NCBI GenBank assembly: GCA_902518155.1
Contig: CABYFA010000001.1
Location: forward strand, 7,942 to 71,941
DNA from: an uncultured Pelagibacteraceae bacterium
GTDB taxonomy: Bacteria; Pseudomonadota; Alphaproteobacteria; Pelagibacterales; Pelagibacteraceae
Direction of reading: 5' to 3'
DNA: 64,000 nt
Shown here: positions 36,724 through 45,887 of the stretch, piece by piece
How the letters are laid out: every line of letters begins with the position of its first letter
How positions within the stretch are numbered: position 1 is the first letter of the stretch
Position numbers and translations under genes: made by a program
The notes under the pieces: generated by a model
Told to the model about the DNA's origin: nothing
Seen by the model: only the letters and a program-made list of their open reading frames with translations
Databases searched by the model: none

Positions 36724-37717
36724 AAAAAAAATTAACAGAAAAGTTTCAGTTGCACCAATGATGGATTGTACCGATAGGCACGATCGTTTTTTTCTAAGAT
36801 TAATGAGCAAAAATGTAATGCTTTATACCGAGATGGTCGCCACTAAATCAGCAATTCATGGAGATAGAAACAAAATTTTATCATTTAGCCCAGAGGAAAA
36901 ACCTTTAGCTTTACAGGTTGGTGGATCTGATAAAAATGAATTAGCAGAGGTTGCAAAAATTGCAGAGGACATGGGTTATGATGAAATAAATATTAATCTT
37001 GGGTGTCCAAGTAAAAAGGTTCAAAAAAATAAGTTTGGCGCATGTCTAATGAAGGAACCAGACCTAGTAGCGGAATGTATTCATTCTATGGTCAAAGTAT
37101 GTAAAATTCCTGTAACAGCTAAAACTCGTATAGGTTTTGATGATGTCGAAGATTTTGAATATCTTAATAATTTTGTTCACAAATTAAGAGACGTAGGTAC
37201 AAACACATTTATTTTACATGCAAGAAAAGCAATGCTTTCTGGATTATCACCAAAGCAGAATTTGAATATTCCAAAATTAAATTACAACATGGTTTATGAG
37301 ATTAAAAAAGCAAATCCAGATTTAGAAATAATTATAAATGGTGGTATAACCAAAGTAAGCGAAATAAATAATCACATGAAATTTTGTGACGGCGTAATGA
37401 TTGGTAGGTCCATCTACCAAAATCCATATTCGCTGGTTGAAATTGAAAAAGAGATATTCAAAACAAATGACAATCCTTCAAGGGAGGAAGTAGTTAAAAA
37501 ACTTTTAGAATATTTGGATGATGAAGTAAAGAAGGGAACTAAAGTAAATCATATAATGAGACACACAGTTGGTTTATACCATGGTCAGGTAGGTTCGAAA
37601 GAATGGAAAAGATATTTAAGTGATAATATGATGGCAAGAGATTCTGATTTTCAAAAGGCAAAACATATTATGACTATTGTTCAAAATAATGAAAAAGCCA
37701 ATCAAGTAAGTTCCTAA
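36713..37717 (+). CDS. dusA: tRNA-dihydrouridine(20/20a) synthase; probable TTG start at 36713, ORF-track start 36674
   Basis: VAPMMDCTDRH, LQVGGSD, NINLGCPS, HARKA, INGG, GVMIGR, HTVGLYHG. Confidence 0.92.
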   Translation: MDTKKKINRKVSVAPMMDCTDRHDRFFLRLMSKNVMLYTEMVATKSAIHGDRNKILSFSPEEKPLALQVGGSDKNELAEVAKIAEDMGYDEININLGCPSKKVQKNKFGACLMKEPDLVAECIHSMVKVCKIPVTAKTRIGFDDVEDFEYLNNFVHKLRDVGTNTFILHARKAMLSGLSPKQNLNIPKLNYNMVYEIKKANPDLEIIINGGITKVSEINNHMKFCDGVMIGRSIYQNPYSLVEIEKEIFKTNDNPSREEVVKKLLEYLDDEVKKGTKVNHIMRHTVGLYHGQVGSKEWKRYLSDNMMARDSDFQKAKHIMTIVQNNEKANQVSS

Positions 37718-38553
37718 TGGAAACAATTGCCACTGCTGAATTAATAAACTTGTTATTTGTTTTAGCAGTTGCGGCTGCGGGAGCAGGTTTCATGGCTGGA
37801 TTGTTGGGAGTAGGTGGTGGAATTGTTATGGTTCCAGCACTTTATTATGCTTTTACTGTTTTGGATTTTGATATCGTCACGAGAATGCATCTTTCGGTTG
37901 GAACATCACTTGCAATAATTATCCCCACTTCAATCATTTCAACAATGACCCATAAAGAGTATGATGCTGTTGATTTTAAAATGGTAAGATCATTTGGTGT
38001 TTTTATTTTAGCAGGTGTAATTGGTGGAACTTTCTTAGCTGTAAATTTAAAAACTCCCGCATTAGTTTTATTTTTTTCAATCTTCGCTCTCATGGTTGGA
38101 TTGTTTTTTATTTTTTTAAGAGAAAAATTAGTAGATAACCCAAAACAAATTTCAGCTATTGTAAAAAATATTTCTGGTGTAATTATTGGATTTATATCTG
38201 TGCCTTTAGGTATTGGGGGAGGATCTTTAATGGTTCCATTTATGAGGACTTTTGGATATGACATTAGAAAATCAATAGGTACAGCAGCAGCAGTTGGATT
38301 TTTGATTGCTGTAACAGGAACTATTACAATGATAACAGGTGGTAAAATAATTGATAATGTAAGAACACCCTATAGTGTTGGTTATATAAATCTACTAGGA
38401 TTTGCAGTATTTGTCCCAGTTACGATGGTTATGGCTCGAATAGGAGCTAAAGTTGTTCATAAAATTGATAAAAAATTACTTAGTAAAATTTTTGGAATAT
38501 TTTTAATTTTAGTATCAATACGATCTTTTATCGAGTATTTAAGTATAAATTAA
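37717..38553 (+). CDS. TauE/SafE family sulfite exporter/anion permease
   Basis: AGLLGVGGGIVMVP, SVGTSLA, LGIGGGSLMVP, SIGTAAA. Confidence 0.88.
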   Translation: METIATAELINLLFVLAVAAAGAGFMAGLLGVGGGIVMVPALYYAFTVLDFDIVTRMHLSVGTSLAIIIPTSIISTMTHKEYDAVDFKMVRSFGVFILAGVIGGTFLAVNLKTPALVLFFSIFALMVGLFFIFLREKLVDNPKQISAIVKNISGVIIGFISVPLGIGGGSLMVPFMRTFGYDIRKSIGTAAAVGFLIAVTGTITMITGGKIIDNVRTPYSVGYINLLGFAVFVPVTMVMARIGAKVVHKIDKKLLSKIFGIFLILVSIRSFIEYLSIN

Positions 38554-38564
38554 AAATATAAAAA

Positions 38565-39398
38565 TTGACCGACTCCCTTACAAATCTCAATTACTTTTAT
38601 TTGATTATTTTGATGGTCATGGCTGCTATACCTGTTGGTTTTTTTGCAGGGCTTTTTGGGATCGGAGGTGGTCTAATATCAGTTCCATTTCTTTTTTTTA
38701 TATTCGATTTTTTAAATCTCACAGAGGATTACACAATGCATTTAGCTGTTGGAACTGCATTTTTCATTACTATTTTTACCTCAACAGCTTCCGTTCTTAC
38801 TCATAGAAAGCACAATGCAGTAGACTTTGGTGTTTTAAAAATTTTTGGATTATTTGTTATTTTAGGAGTATTTTTTGGATCTTTTTTAGCAGCTTTTTTA
38901 AAGACGAAATATTTAGTTCTTTTTTTTTCAATTGTTGTTTTCATATTTGGTGCTTATTTGCTTTTACAACAAGAAAATTCAAATAAAATTAAACCTAGAT
39001 TTAGTTTTTTTCCCAAAGCTGTTTTAGGCTTTATATCTGGTTCAATTTCCGCACCTATGGGCATTACAGGGGCAATGATGAATGTTCCTATATTAAGATT
39101 TTTTGGATATCCAATTACAAAAGCTATTGGTAGTGCCGCTGCTATCGGTTGGATTATTTCTATTTCAGGAACGATAGGGTTCTTTTCAACTGGACTGTAT
39201 TTAGATGTTAGTCTGCCTTTAAGCATTGGTTTTGTAAATATACCAGCGTTTTTAATATTTATTCCGATAACAACAATAATGGCAAGAATAGGAGTTAATA
39301 CAGTTCACAAAATGAGTAAAATTAAAGCTCAAAGAATGTTTGGAGTTTTTTTATATGTTATTGGGACAATTTTTATATTTAGATATTTTAGTTTATAA
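38565..39398 (+). CDS. TauE/SafE family permease (tandem paralog), TTG start
   Basis: AGLFGIGGGLISVP, AVGTA, PMGITGA, AIGSAAA. Confidence 0.85.
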   Translation: MTDSLTNLNYFYLIILMVMAAIPVGFFAGLFGIGGGLISVPFLFFIFDFLNLTEDYTMHLAVGTAFFITIFTSTASVLTHRKHNAVDFGVLKIFGLFVILGVFFGSFLAAFLKTKYLVLFFSIVVFIFGAYLLLQQENSNKIKPRFSFFPKAVLGFISGSISAPMGITGAMMNVPILRFFGYPITKAIGSAAAIGWIISISGTIGFFSTGLYLDVSLPLSIGFVNIPAFLIFIPITTIMARIGVNTVHKMSKIKAQRMFGVFLYVIGTIFIFRYFSL

Positions 39399-39411
39399 TT
39401 AATCTAAAATT

Positions 39412-40062
39412 ATGAAAGAAATTATTAAAGTTGTTAAAGAAAAACTTGTAGCTAAATATTTGAAAGATGGTTCTATCAAAAACTACTCAAAGAGAGCTAA
39501 AAAATTTAAGCCAAGAATAAAAGCAAGGCTTAGAAAAAATAAACAAATTATTGGTAAAAATATTGGTAATTTTTTTGATTGGATTAAAGGTGCAGAGTTA
39601 GTTGAGCTGAAAGAATGTAATACTAAAGAAGATCCTGTGAGACCAGAACTTGATAATACTTTCAGAAGAAGTTATGGAAGAAAAATTTTTGGGGTTAAGT
39701 ATAAAGGAGAAATCCATGCTGTCATGTGTTTTGCTTATACGAATGAAATACCAAAGTCTGTAGAGGATTTAGATATTATGAGTCAAGACGCTCACTTACA
39801 AAGCACTTTGAGAGGACAGAATGTAGGTAAAATTGCAATTGCTTATACTGTTTGGTCTAAAAAAAAGGGGGGTGGTAAATTAATTGTCAAAGAAGTATTT
39901 AATAAAATAAAAAAATCAAATCATCTCAACAGACTAGTTACTTTGTCTCCTTTAACAGACATGGCTTATAAATTTCATATTAAAAATGGCGCTAAACTTA
40001 TTAGTGTAAATGAAACAACTCAAAATTTTGAATATAAAGTTATTAAGAATAAGAAGTACTAA
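39412..40062 (+). CDS. Hypothetical protein, GNAT/malonyl-CoA-decarboxylase-like core with basic N-terminal extension
   Basis: EDPVRPE...IAIAYTVWSKKKGGGKLIV...RLVTLSPL...FHIKNGA; TLSP and AxxYxxxS spacing recall the MCD catalytic domain (inference). Confidence 0.6.
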   Translation: MKEIIKVVKEKLVAKYLKDGSIKNYSKRAKKFKPRIKARLRKNKQIIGKNIGNFFDWIKGAELVELKECNTKEDPVRPELDNTFRRSYGRKIFGVKYKGEIHAVMCFAYTNEIPKSVEDLDIMSQDAHLQSTLRGQNVGKIAIAYTVWSKKKGGGKLIVKEVFNKIKKSNHLNRLVTLSPLTDMAYKFHIKNGAKLISVNETTQNFEYKVIKNKKY

Positions 40063-40150
40063 AGAAAAAGGGTGGCTTCAGTCTCCCTCTACCACCCATA
40101 TTTAAAGATTATTCGATTCTCCTTACGAATCAAAATATTCTTTTAAAAAA
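40063..40150 (-). ncRNA. Candidate small RNA with two hairpins and intrinsic terminator
   Basis: Minus strand: TTTGATTC-GTAAGGA-GAATCGAA, then GGGTGGT-AGAGGGAGACTGAA-GCCACCC followed by TTTTTCTTT; no minus-strand CDS feeds this terminator. Confidence 0.5.
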
Positions 40151-40250
40151 AATTATTCTATTGTGCACGTAAAAATTGAAATAATCAAAAAACCTCAATT
40201 TAAACACATGGTTTATATTTAAAATAATTTAAATAGTGTTACCTTTTAAT

Positions 40251-41321
40251 ATGGCTCAAAAAAAAAGAGATAACAATAAATCTGATAGTCGAGATAGTAA
40301 AAAGGGTAAATTTGATATGAACCCATTTAATTTCATTGAACAATGTAAAAATAAATTACAGAATTTTTATACAAAGCTTCAAAAAGAAAGAAAAATAAGC
40401 AAAGAGAGATCAGCAAGACAGAGAATTATCAACGAAAAAAAAGAACTTGAGAACCAAAAAAAACAAGCTCAAAGAGAAAAAGAAGAGAGAATTAAAGAGG
40501 AAAAAAAACAAATTCTTGAGCAAAGAAGACTGATTATTGAAAATGAAAAGCAAATTAGAAAAAATGAGGAAAAAAGAAAAAAAATCGAAGCTAAAAGGAT
40601 ATTTATTGAACAACAAAAGATTAAAGACGAGGAAGCTAAAAAAATAAGAGAGGATGCTAGAAAGATCAGAGAGGAAGAACTCAGATTAAGAATGCTTGAG
40701 AGACAAAGAAATCGAGAAGAAAAAATAAAAGCAAAAGAACAAGCTTTAAAAGAAAAAGAGATTAAATCACAGCAATTAAGAGAGGAAAAAGAAAGAGAAA
40801 GACAAGAACAAATTAGACTTAATGAGATAGAGAGACAAAAAAGATTAGATGAAGAACAAAGAACAAGAGAAGCTGCCAAAAGATTAAAATATGAAGAGGA
40901 AAAACTTAAAGAGTCAGAAATAAGGTTAAAAGAGATCGAAAATGAGAGACAAAAAGAGATAGAAAGACAAATTTTAAAAGAGCAAGCAGAACAGAGAGTT
41001 AAAGAGGAAGAGCTAAGACTCAAAGAGGAAAAAATCAAAGCAGAAGAAGAGGAGAGATTTTTACGTCAAAAAGAAGAATACGAGAGAACAGAGAAATTAA
41101 GAAAAGAAGAAGAGGAGCAAAAAAGAATAGAAGAGGAAAAAGAATTAGAAATTAAACAAAAATTGGAAGAGGAACAAAGAATACTAGAAGAAGAGAGAAG
41201 ATTGAAAGAGTGGGAGGAAAAATTTGATCTAGAGCAAAAAAAGAAAGAGGAAGAATTAATTAAAAAATTTTATAGTGACAACTCATTAAATAAAGATGAA
41301 CCTGAAGAAAAGAGTGATTAG
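40251..41321 (+). CDS. E/K/R/Q-rich long helical (coiled-coil/SAH-like) protein; ORF-track GTG start at 40236
   Basis: About 300 residues of EEE/KKR alternating blocks, no TM or signal peptide. Confidence 0.7.
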   Translation: MAQKKRDNNKSDSRDSKKGKFDMNPFNFIEQCKNKLQNFYTKLQKERKISKERSARQRIINEKKELENQKKQAQREKEERIKEEKKQILEQRRLIIENEKQIRKNEEKRKKIEAKRIFIEQQKIKDEEAKKIREDARKIREEELRLRMLERQRNREEKIKAKEQALKEKEIKSQQLREEKERERQEQIRLNEIERQKRLDEEQRTREAAKRLKYEEEKLKESEIRLKEIENERQKEIERQILKEQAEQRVKEEELRLKEEKIKAEEEERFLRQKEEYERTEKLRKEEEEQKRIEEEKELEIKQKLEEEQRILEEERRLKEWEEKFDLEQKKKEEELIKKFYSDNSLNKDEPEEKSD

Positions 41322-42776
41322 TTAAATTTTTTGGTCGTATTCACCAATTTTGCCTGTTTTTTGAAGTAAGGAATCTATAAATTTAAATATTTTTAACTTT
41401 CTTTCATCAGAAGTAGGACTTTCTGTTACAATCACTAAAGAAGGTTTATTAGAGGAGGCTCTAATCAAACCCCATGAGCCATCTTTAAATGAAAATCTGA
41501 CACCATTTACTGTTAAAATTTCATCAATTTCTTGGTCATCTATTTTAATTTTTTCTTTTTTAATTTTTTCAATATCTTTAACAATTTTATCGACCAAAGC
41601 ATATTTTTCCTCATCCTTGCAATAAGGAGCCATAGTAGGTGTTTGAAAAGTTTTTGGGATTTCTTTAATTATTTCATTCATTTTTTTGTTCTGATTATCC
41701 AATAAATGACAAACTTGGATCGCCGAATTGATACCATCGTCATACCCGTAACCCAAAGGTTGATTAAAAAAAAAGTGTCCACTTTTTTCAAATCCTGCTA
41801 AAGCTTTTTCATTGTTTACTTTTCTTTTGATATGTGAATGACCAGTTTTCCAATAAATTGTTTTACATTTATTAGAATTTAATAATTCATCATTCGCATA
41901 CAATCCTGTTGACTTTACATCCACTACAAAAACAGAATTTTTATATTTATTTGATAAACTTCTTGCAATTAATAATCCAATTTTATCTGAAAATATTTCA
42001 TTCCCTTCATTATCAATTACTCCTACTCTGTCACCATCACCATCAAATCCAAACCCGATATCGGCATTATTTTTTTTAACAGCATCAGAAATTGCATGTA
42101 ACATTTTTAAGTCTTCTGGATTAGGATTATATTTAGGGAAGGTCCAGTCTAAATTACAATCAAGTTCTATTACTTCACAACCAATTCCACGCAAAATATC
42201 AGGAGCAAAAATTCCTGCGGTTCCATTGCCACACGCTACTACTGCTTTAATTTTTTTTTTGATTTTATTGTTATCTATTAAACTTTGTTTATATATGTCT
42301 TGAAAATTTTCTATTTTTTTTTCCTGACCCTGTCCGTTTACAAAGTTTTCACTTAATGTTATTTCTTTTAATGCTCGCATTTCTTCAGGCGCATGTGTTA
42401 ATCCTTTCCTAATACCCATTTTTACACCCGTCCAACCATTGTCGTTATGACTTGCAGTTACCATTGCAACAGCATCAGAATTAAAATGGAATTGTGCAAA
42501 ATAAACCATCGGAGACAAAGACAAACCTACGTCTTCAACAAAACAACCTGTTGAAACTAAACCTTTTTTAAGTGCTGCTTTTATATCTTCACTATATGAT
42601 CGATAATCATGACCAACAATTACTTTTGGATTTGTTTTATTTGTTTGTTTTATAATTTGTGTACCTAGTCCTTTACCAAGATTCGTTATGCCTGGGAGAT
42701 TTATGTCTTTTTCATACAACCATCGAGCGTCATACTCTCTAAAACCATAGGGGTCGATTTTTAAATTTACGGACAT
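41322..42776 (-). CDS. Phosphomannomutase/phosphoglucomutase
   Basis: GFREYDAR, MVTASHN (phosphoserine), GFDGDGDR (metal loop), GFEKSGH, LIRASSN. Confidence 0.93.
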   Translation of the reverse strand: MSVNLKIDPYGFREYDARWLYEKDINLPGITNLGKGLGTQIIKQTNKTNPKVIVGHDYRSYSEDIKAALKKGLVSTGCFVEDVGLSLSPMVYFAQFHFNSDAVAMVTASHNDNGWTGVKMGIRKGLTHAPEEMRALKEITLSENFVNGQGQEKKIENFQDIYKQSLIDNNKIKKKIKAVVACGNGTAGIFAPDILRGIGCEVIELDCNLDWTFPKYNPNPEDLKMLHAISDAVKKNNADIGFGFDGDGDRVGVIDNEGNEIFSDKIGLLIARSLSNKYKNSVFVVDVKSTGLYANDELLNSNKCKTIYWKTGHSHIKRKVNNEKALAGFEKSGHFFFNQPLGYGYDDGINSAIQVCHLLDNQNKKMNEIIKEIPKTFQTPTMAPYCKDEEKYALVDKIVKDIEKIKKEKIKIDDQEIDEILTVNGVRFSFKDGSWGLIRASSNKPSLVIVTESPTSDERKLKIFKFIDSLLQKTGKIGEYDQKI

Positions 42777-42854
42777 TATTGTTAATTACTTACATTTTTT
42801 TTAATTTTTTTATTGATTTTTTTTCCTTGTGTTCTATAAATGTTCTGTTGATTT

Positions 42855-42901
42855 GTTGTTTATATAGTGTATTAACGCTAAACGTACACAACATATAGTT
42901 G
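42855..42901 (+). promoter_or_regulatory. Tandem NrdR boxes upstream of nrdA
   Basis: GTTGTTTATATAGTGT (42855-42870) and ACACAACATATAGTTG (42886-42901) versus consensus acaCwAtATaTwGtg; 31-bp start-to-start spacing. Confidence 0.7.
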
Positions 42902-42934
42902 TTTTCGTACTAATAAGAAAATATAATAATAAAT

Positions 42935-44875
42935 ATGAATAAAATTCTATCGCAGGCCCTAAAGAAAGCTGTCTCTGAATATAGCCCACAAGTTAAAGAA
43001 GTAGAAAAAAATAATAGACCAGACCTTTTTTCACTTAACAATGAAACTGAACTTTTTCAGAATGATAAAGGTATCATAATTAAAATAGATCGTTCTCGAG
43101 ATGCAAACTTAACTGATTTCGGTAAGGCAACTTTGAAAGATAGATATCTTGGTCACAATGAGTCTTATCAAGACTTGTTTGCAAGAGTAGCAAGCACATA
43201 TGCTGATGATAATTTACACGCTCAAAGAATTTACAATTACATTAGTAACCTTTGGTTCATGCCTGCAACTCCAGTTTTGTCGAATGGCGGAACCAAAAGA
43301 GGATTACCCATTTCATGTTTTTTAAACGAAGCTTCAGATAGTCTAGGTGGTATTTTAGATCTTTGGAGTGAAAATGTTTGGCTTGCTGCGAAGGGTGGAG
43401 GCATAGGAAGTTATTGGGGTAATTTAAGATCAATTGGAGAAAAGATTGGTAAAGTCGGAAAAACTTCTGGGATAATTCCATTTATTAAAGTTATGGACTC
43501 TTTAACTATGGCAATAAGTCAAGGATCTTTGAGAAGAGGTTCAGCTGCTTGTTATCTTCCTATTGATCATCCTGAAATAGAAGAGTTTATTGAAATGCGA
43601 AGGCCAACTGGCGGCGATCCAAATAGAAAAGCTTTAAATTTACATCACGGAGTTTTAGTTTCAGATGCATTTATGCGCGCTGTTGAAACTGATGATCAGT
43701 GGGCACTTAAAAGTCCAGCTGATGGATCTATTCAACAAACTATATCTGCAAGAAATTTATGGATTAGGTTGTTAACAGCTAGAATTGAAACTGGTGAGCC
43801 ATACATTATTTATATTGATACAGTTAATAGACAAATTCCACAACACCATAAACTTGCAAACTTAACAGTAAAAACTTCTAATCTATGCAGTGAAATAACT
43901 CTTCCTACAGGTATTGATAAAGATGGAAGAGATAGAACAGCTGTTTGTTGTTTATCATCCTTAAATCTGGAAAAATATGATGAATGGAAAGATGATCTGA
44001 ACATGATTAGTGATGTAATGAGATTTTTAGATAATGTCTTGTCAGACTTTATTAATAAGGCTCCAGATCAATTTAAAGACGCAAAATATTCTGCAGAGAG
44101 AGAAAGAAGTGTTGGTCTTGGGGTTATGGGTTTTCATTCCTTTTTACAAAAACATAGAATTCCACTTGAATCTGTAATGGCTAAATCTTGGAACAAAAAA
44201 ATATTTAAACAAATTGATGAACAAGTTAATAAAGCATCAAAAGAATTAGCTGAAGAGCGAGGTGCATGTCCAGATGCAGCAGAATATGGATTTAATGAGA
44301 GATTTTCTAACAAGACTGCGATAGCTCCAACAGCCTCTATTTCTATTATATGTGGAGGAGCTTCTCCGGGTGTTGAACCAATTGCAGCTAATAGTTATAC
44401 ACACAAAACATTATCTGGGTCTTTTAATGTAAGAAATAGATATTTAGAGGAAATTTTAGAAAGTCACGGAAAAAACGATGATGAAACCTGGTCAACAATT
44501 ACAACAAATCAAGGATCAGTATCTCACTTAGATTTTTTAAATGATTTAGAAAAGGATGTTTTTAAAACTGCCTTTGAGTTAAACCAAAAATGGATTGTTG
44601 AACTGAGTGGAGACAGAACTCAATATATCTCCCAAGCACAATCGGTAAATTTATTTTTACCAGCTGATGTTCATAAAAAAGAATTACATAGAATTCATTT
44701 TGATGCATGGAAAAAAGGTTTAAAAAGCCTCTACTATTGTAGATCAAAATCAATTCAAAGAGCTGAAAATATCAATAATGCTAAATCAACTGATGTTACA
44801 GCCAATGTATATAAATCAAAAAACCAACAAACTAACGATCAACCAGAATATGAGGAGTGTTTATCATGTCAGTAG
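42935..44875 (+). CDS. nrdA: Ribonucleoside-diphosphate reductase class I alpha subunit, no ATP cone
   Basis: FMPATPVLSN, PISCF, SNLCSEI, CCLSSLN, AIAPTASIS, KSLYYCRS, C-terminal CLSCQ. Confidence 0.95.
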   Translation: MNKILSQALKKAVSEYSPQVKEVEKNNRPDLFSLNNETELFQNDKGIIIKIDRSRDANLTDFGKATLKDRYLGHNESYQDLFARVASTYADDNLHAQRIYNYISNLWFMPATPVLSNGGTKRGLPISCFLNEASDSLGGILDLWSENVWLAAKGGGIGSYWGNLRSIGEKIGKVGKTSGIIPFIKVMDSLTMAISQGSLRRGSAACYLPIDHPEIEEFIEMRRPTGGDPNRKALNLHHGVLVSDAFMRAVETDDQWALKSPADGSIQQTISARNLWIRLLTARIETGEPYIIYIDTVNRQIPQHHKLANLTVKTSNLCSEITLPTGIDKDGRDRTAVCCLSSLNLEKYDEWKDDLNMISDVMRFLDNVLSDFINKAPDQFKDAKYSAERERSVGLGVMGFHSFLQKHRIPLESVMAKSWNKKIFKQIDEQVNKASKELAEERGACPDAAEYGFNERFSNKTAIAPTASISIICGGASPGVEPIAANSYTHKTLSGSFNVRNRYLEEILESHGKNDDETWSTITTNQGSVSHLDFLNDLEKDVFKTAFELNQKWIVELSGDRTQYISQAQSVNLFLPADVHKKELHRIHFDAWKKGLKSLYYCRSKSIQRAENINNAKSTDVTANVYKSKNQQTNDQPEYEECLSCQ

Positions 44876-45882
44876 CAGATAAAATTAAGACAGAAAATAA
44901 AGAGATAGTTCAACCAAAAAAGATGGGTTTATTAGTTGAGAACCCTGTATATAAGCCATTTAGATATCCGTGGTGCTATGATGCTTGGTTAACCCAACAA
45001 AGAATACATTGGTTACCAGAAGAGGTTCCACTTGGGGACGATGTAAGAGATTGGCAAAAAAACTTATCTCAACCAGAAAAAAATCTTTTAACTCAAATTT
45101 TCAGGTTTTTTACACAGGCGGATGTTGAAGTAAATAATTGTTACTTAAGACATTACACAACAGTATTTAAGCCAACAGAAGTTTTAATGATGATGACTGC
45201 TTTTGCATCTATGGAAACAGTTCACGTAGCTGCTTACTCTCATTTATTAGATACAATCGGTATGCCTGAATCTGAATATTCAGCTTTCATGAAATATAAA
45301 GAAATGAAAGATAAATATGATTACATGCAAGGATTTAATGTTAACTCAAAAGAAGATATTGCCAAAACTGTCGCTGTATTTAGTGCTTTCACAGAAGGAC
45401 TTCAGTTATTTGCAAGTTTTGCAATTCTCTTAAATTTTCCAAGACACAATAAAATGAAAGGTATGGGCCAAATAGTAACTTGGTCAGTTAGAGACGAAAC
45501 TCTTCATTGTAATTCTATGATAAGAATTTTTAAAGAGTTTATAAAAGAAAATCCTGAAATCTGGACTCCAAAATTAAAAAAAGAACTTTATGAAGCTTGC
45601 AGAACAATAGTTGAGCACGAGGATTCTTTTATTGATTTAGCTTTTGAAATGGGCCCTATGGAAGGTTTAACTGCACAAGAAGTTAAAGATTACATTAGAT
45701 TTATTGGTAATAGAAGATTAGTCCAATTAGGTCTGGAACCAATTTATGATGTAGAAAAAAATCCTTTAGGATGGCTTGACACCATGCTGAATGCTGTTGA
45801 GCACATGAACTTTTTTGAAGGTCGTGCAACGGAGTATTCTAAAGCATCAACTCAAGGTACTTGGGTTGAAGCATTTAGTTAA
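44866..45882 (+). CDS. nrdB: Ribonucleoside-diphosphate reductase beta subunit (ATG after SD GAGGAG)
   Basis: HWLPEEV, FFTQAD, ETVHVAAYS (radical Tyr), EGLQLF, RDETLH, NFFE...EY. Confidence 0.95.
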   Translation: MSVADKIKTENKEIVQPKKMGLLVENPVYKPFRYPWCYDAWLTQQRIHWLPEEVPLGDDVRDWQKNLSQPEKNLLTQIFRFFTQADVEVNNCYLRHYTTVFKPTEVLMMMTAFASMETVHVAAYSHLLDTIGMPESEYSAFMKYKEMKDKYDYMQGFNVNSKEDIAKTVAVFSAFTEGLQLFASFAILLNFPRHNKMKGMGQIVTWSVRDETLHCNSMIRIFKEFIKENPEIWTPKLKKELYEACRTIVEHEDSFIDLAFEMGPMEGLTAQEVKDYIRFIGNRRLVQLGLEPIYDVEKNPLGWLDTMLNAVEHMNFFEGRATEYSKASTQGTWVEAFS

Positions 45883-45887
45883 TTCAT

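Noticed and set aside
40044-40100. 18-aa peptide MGGRGRLKPPFFFSTSYS on the minus strand within the candidate sRNA
   Set aside because: Nearest SD (AAGGAG) is about 19 nt from the ATG and partly in a stem; the ORF runs through the terminator
40410-41038. Minus-strand ORFs of 189 aa and 68 aa (Ser/Leu/Phe-rich)
   Set aside because: Antisense shadows of the E/K/R-rich gene; their composition is the reverse complement of GAA/AAA/AGA codons
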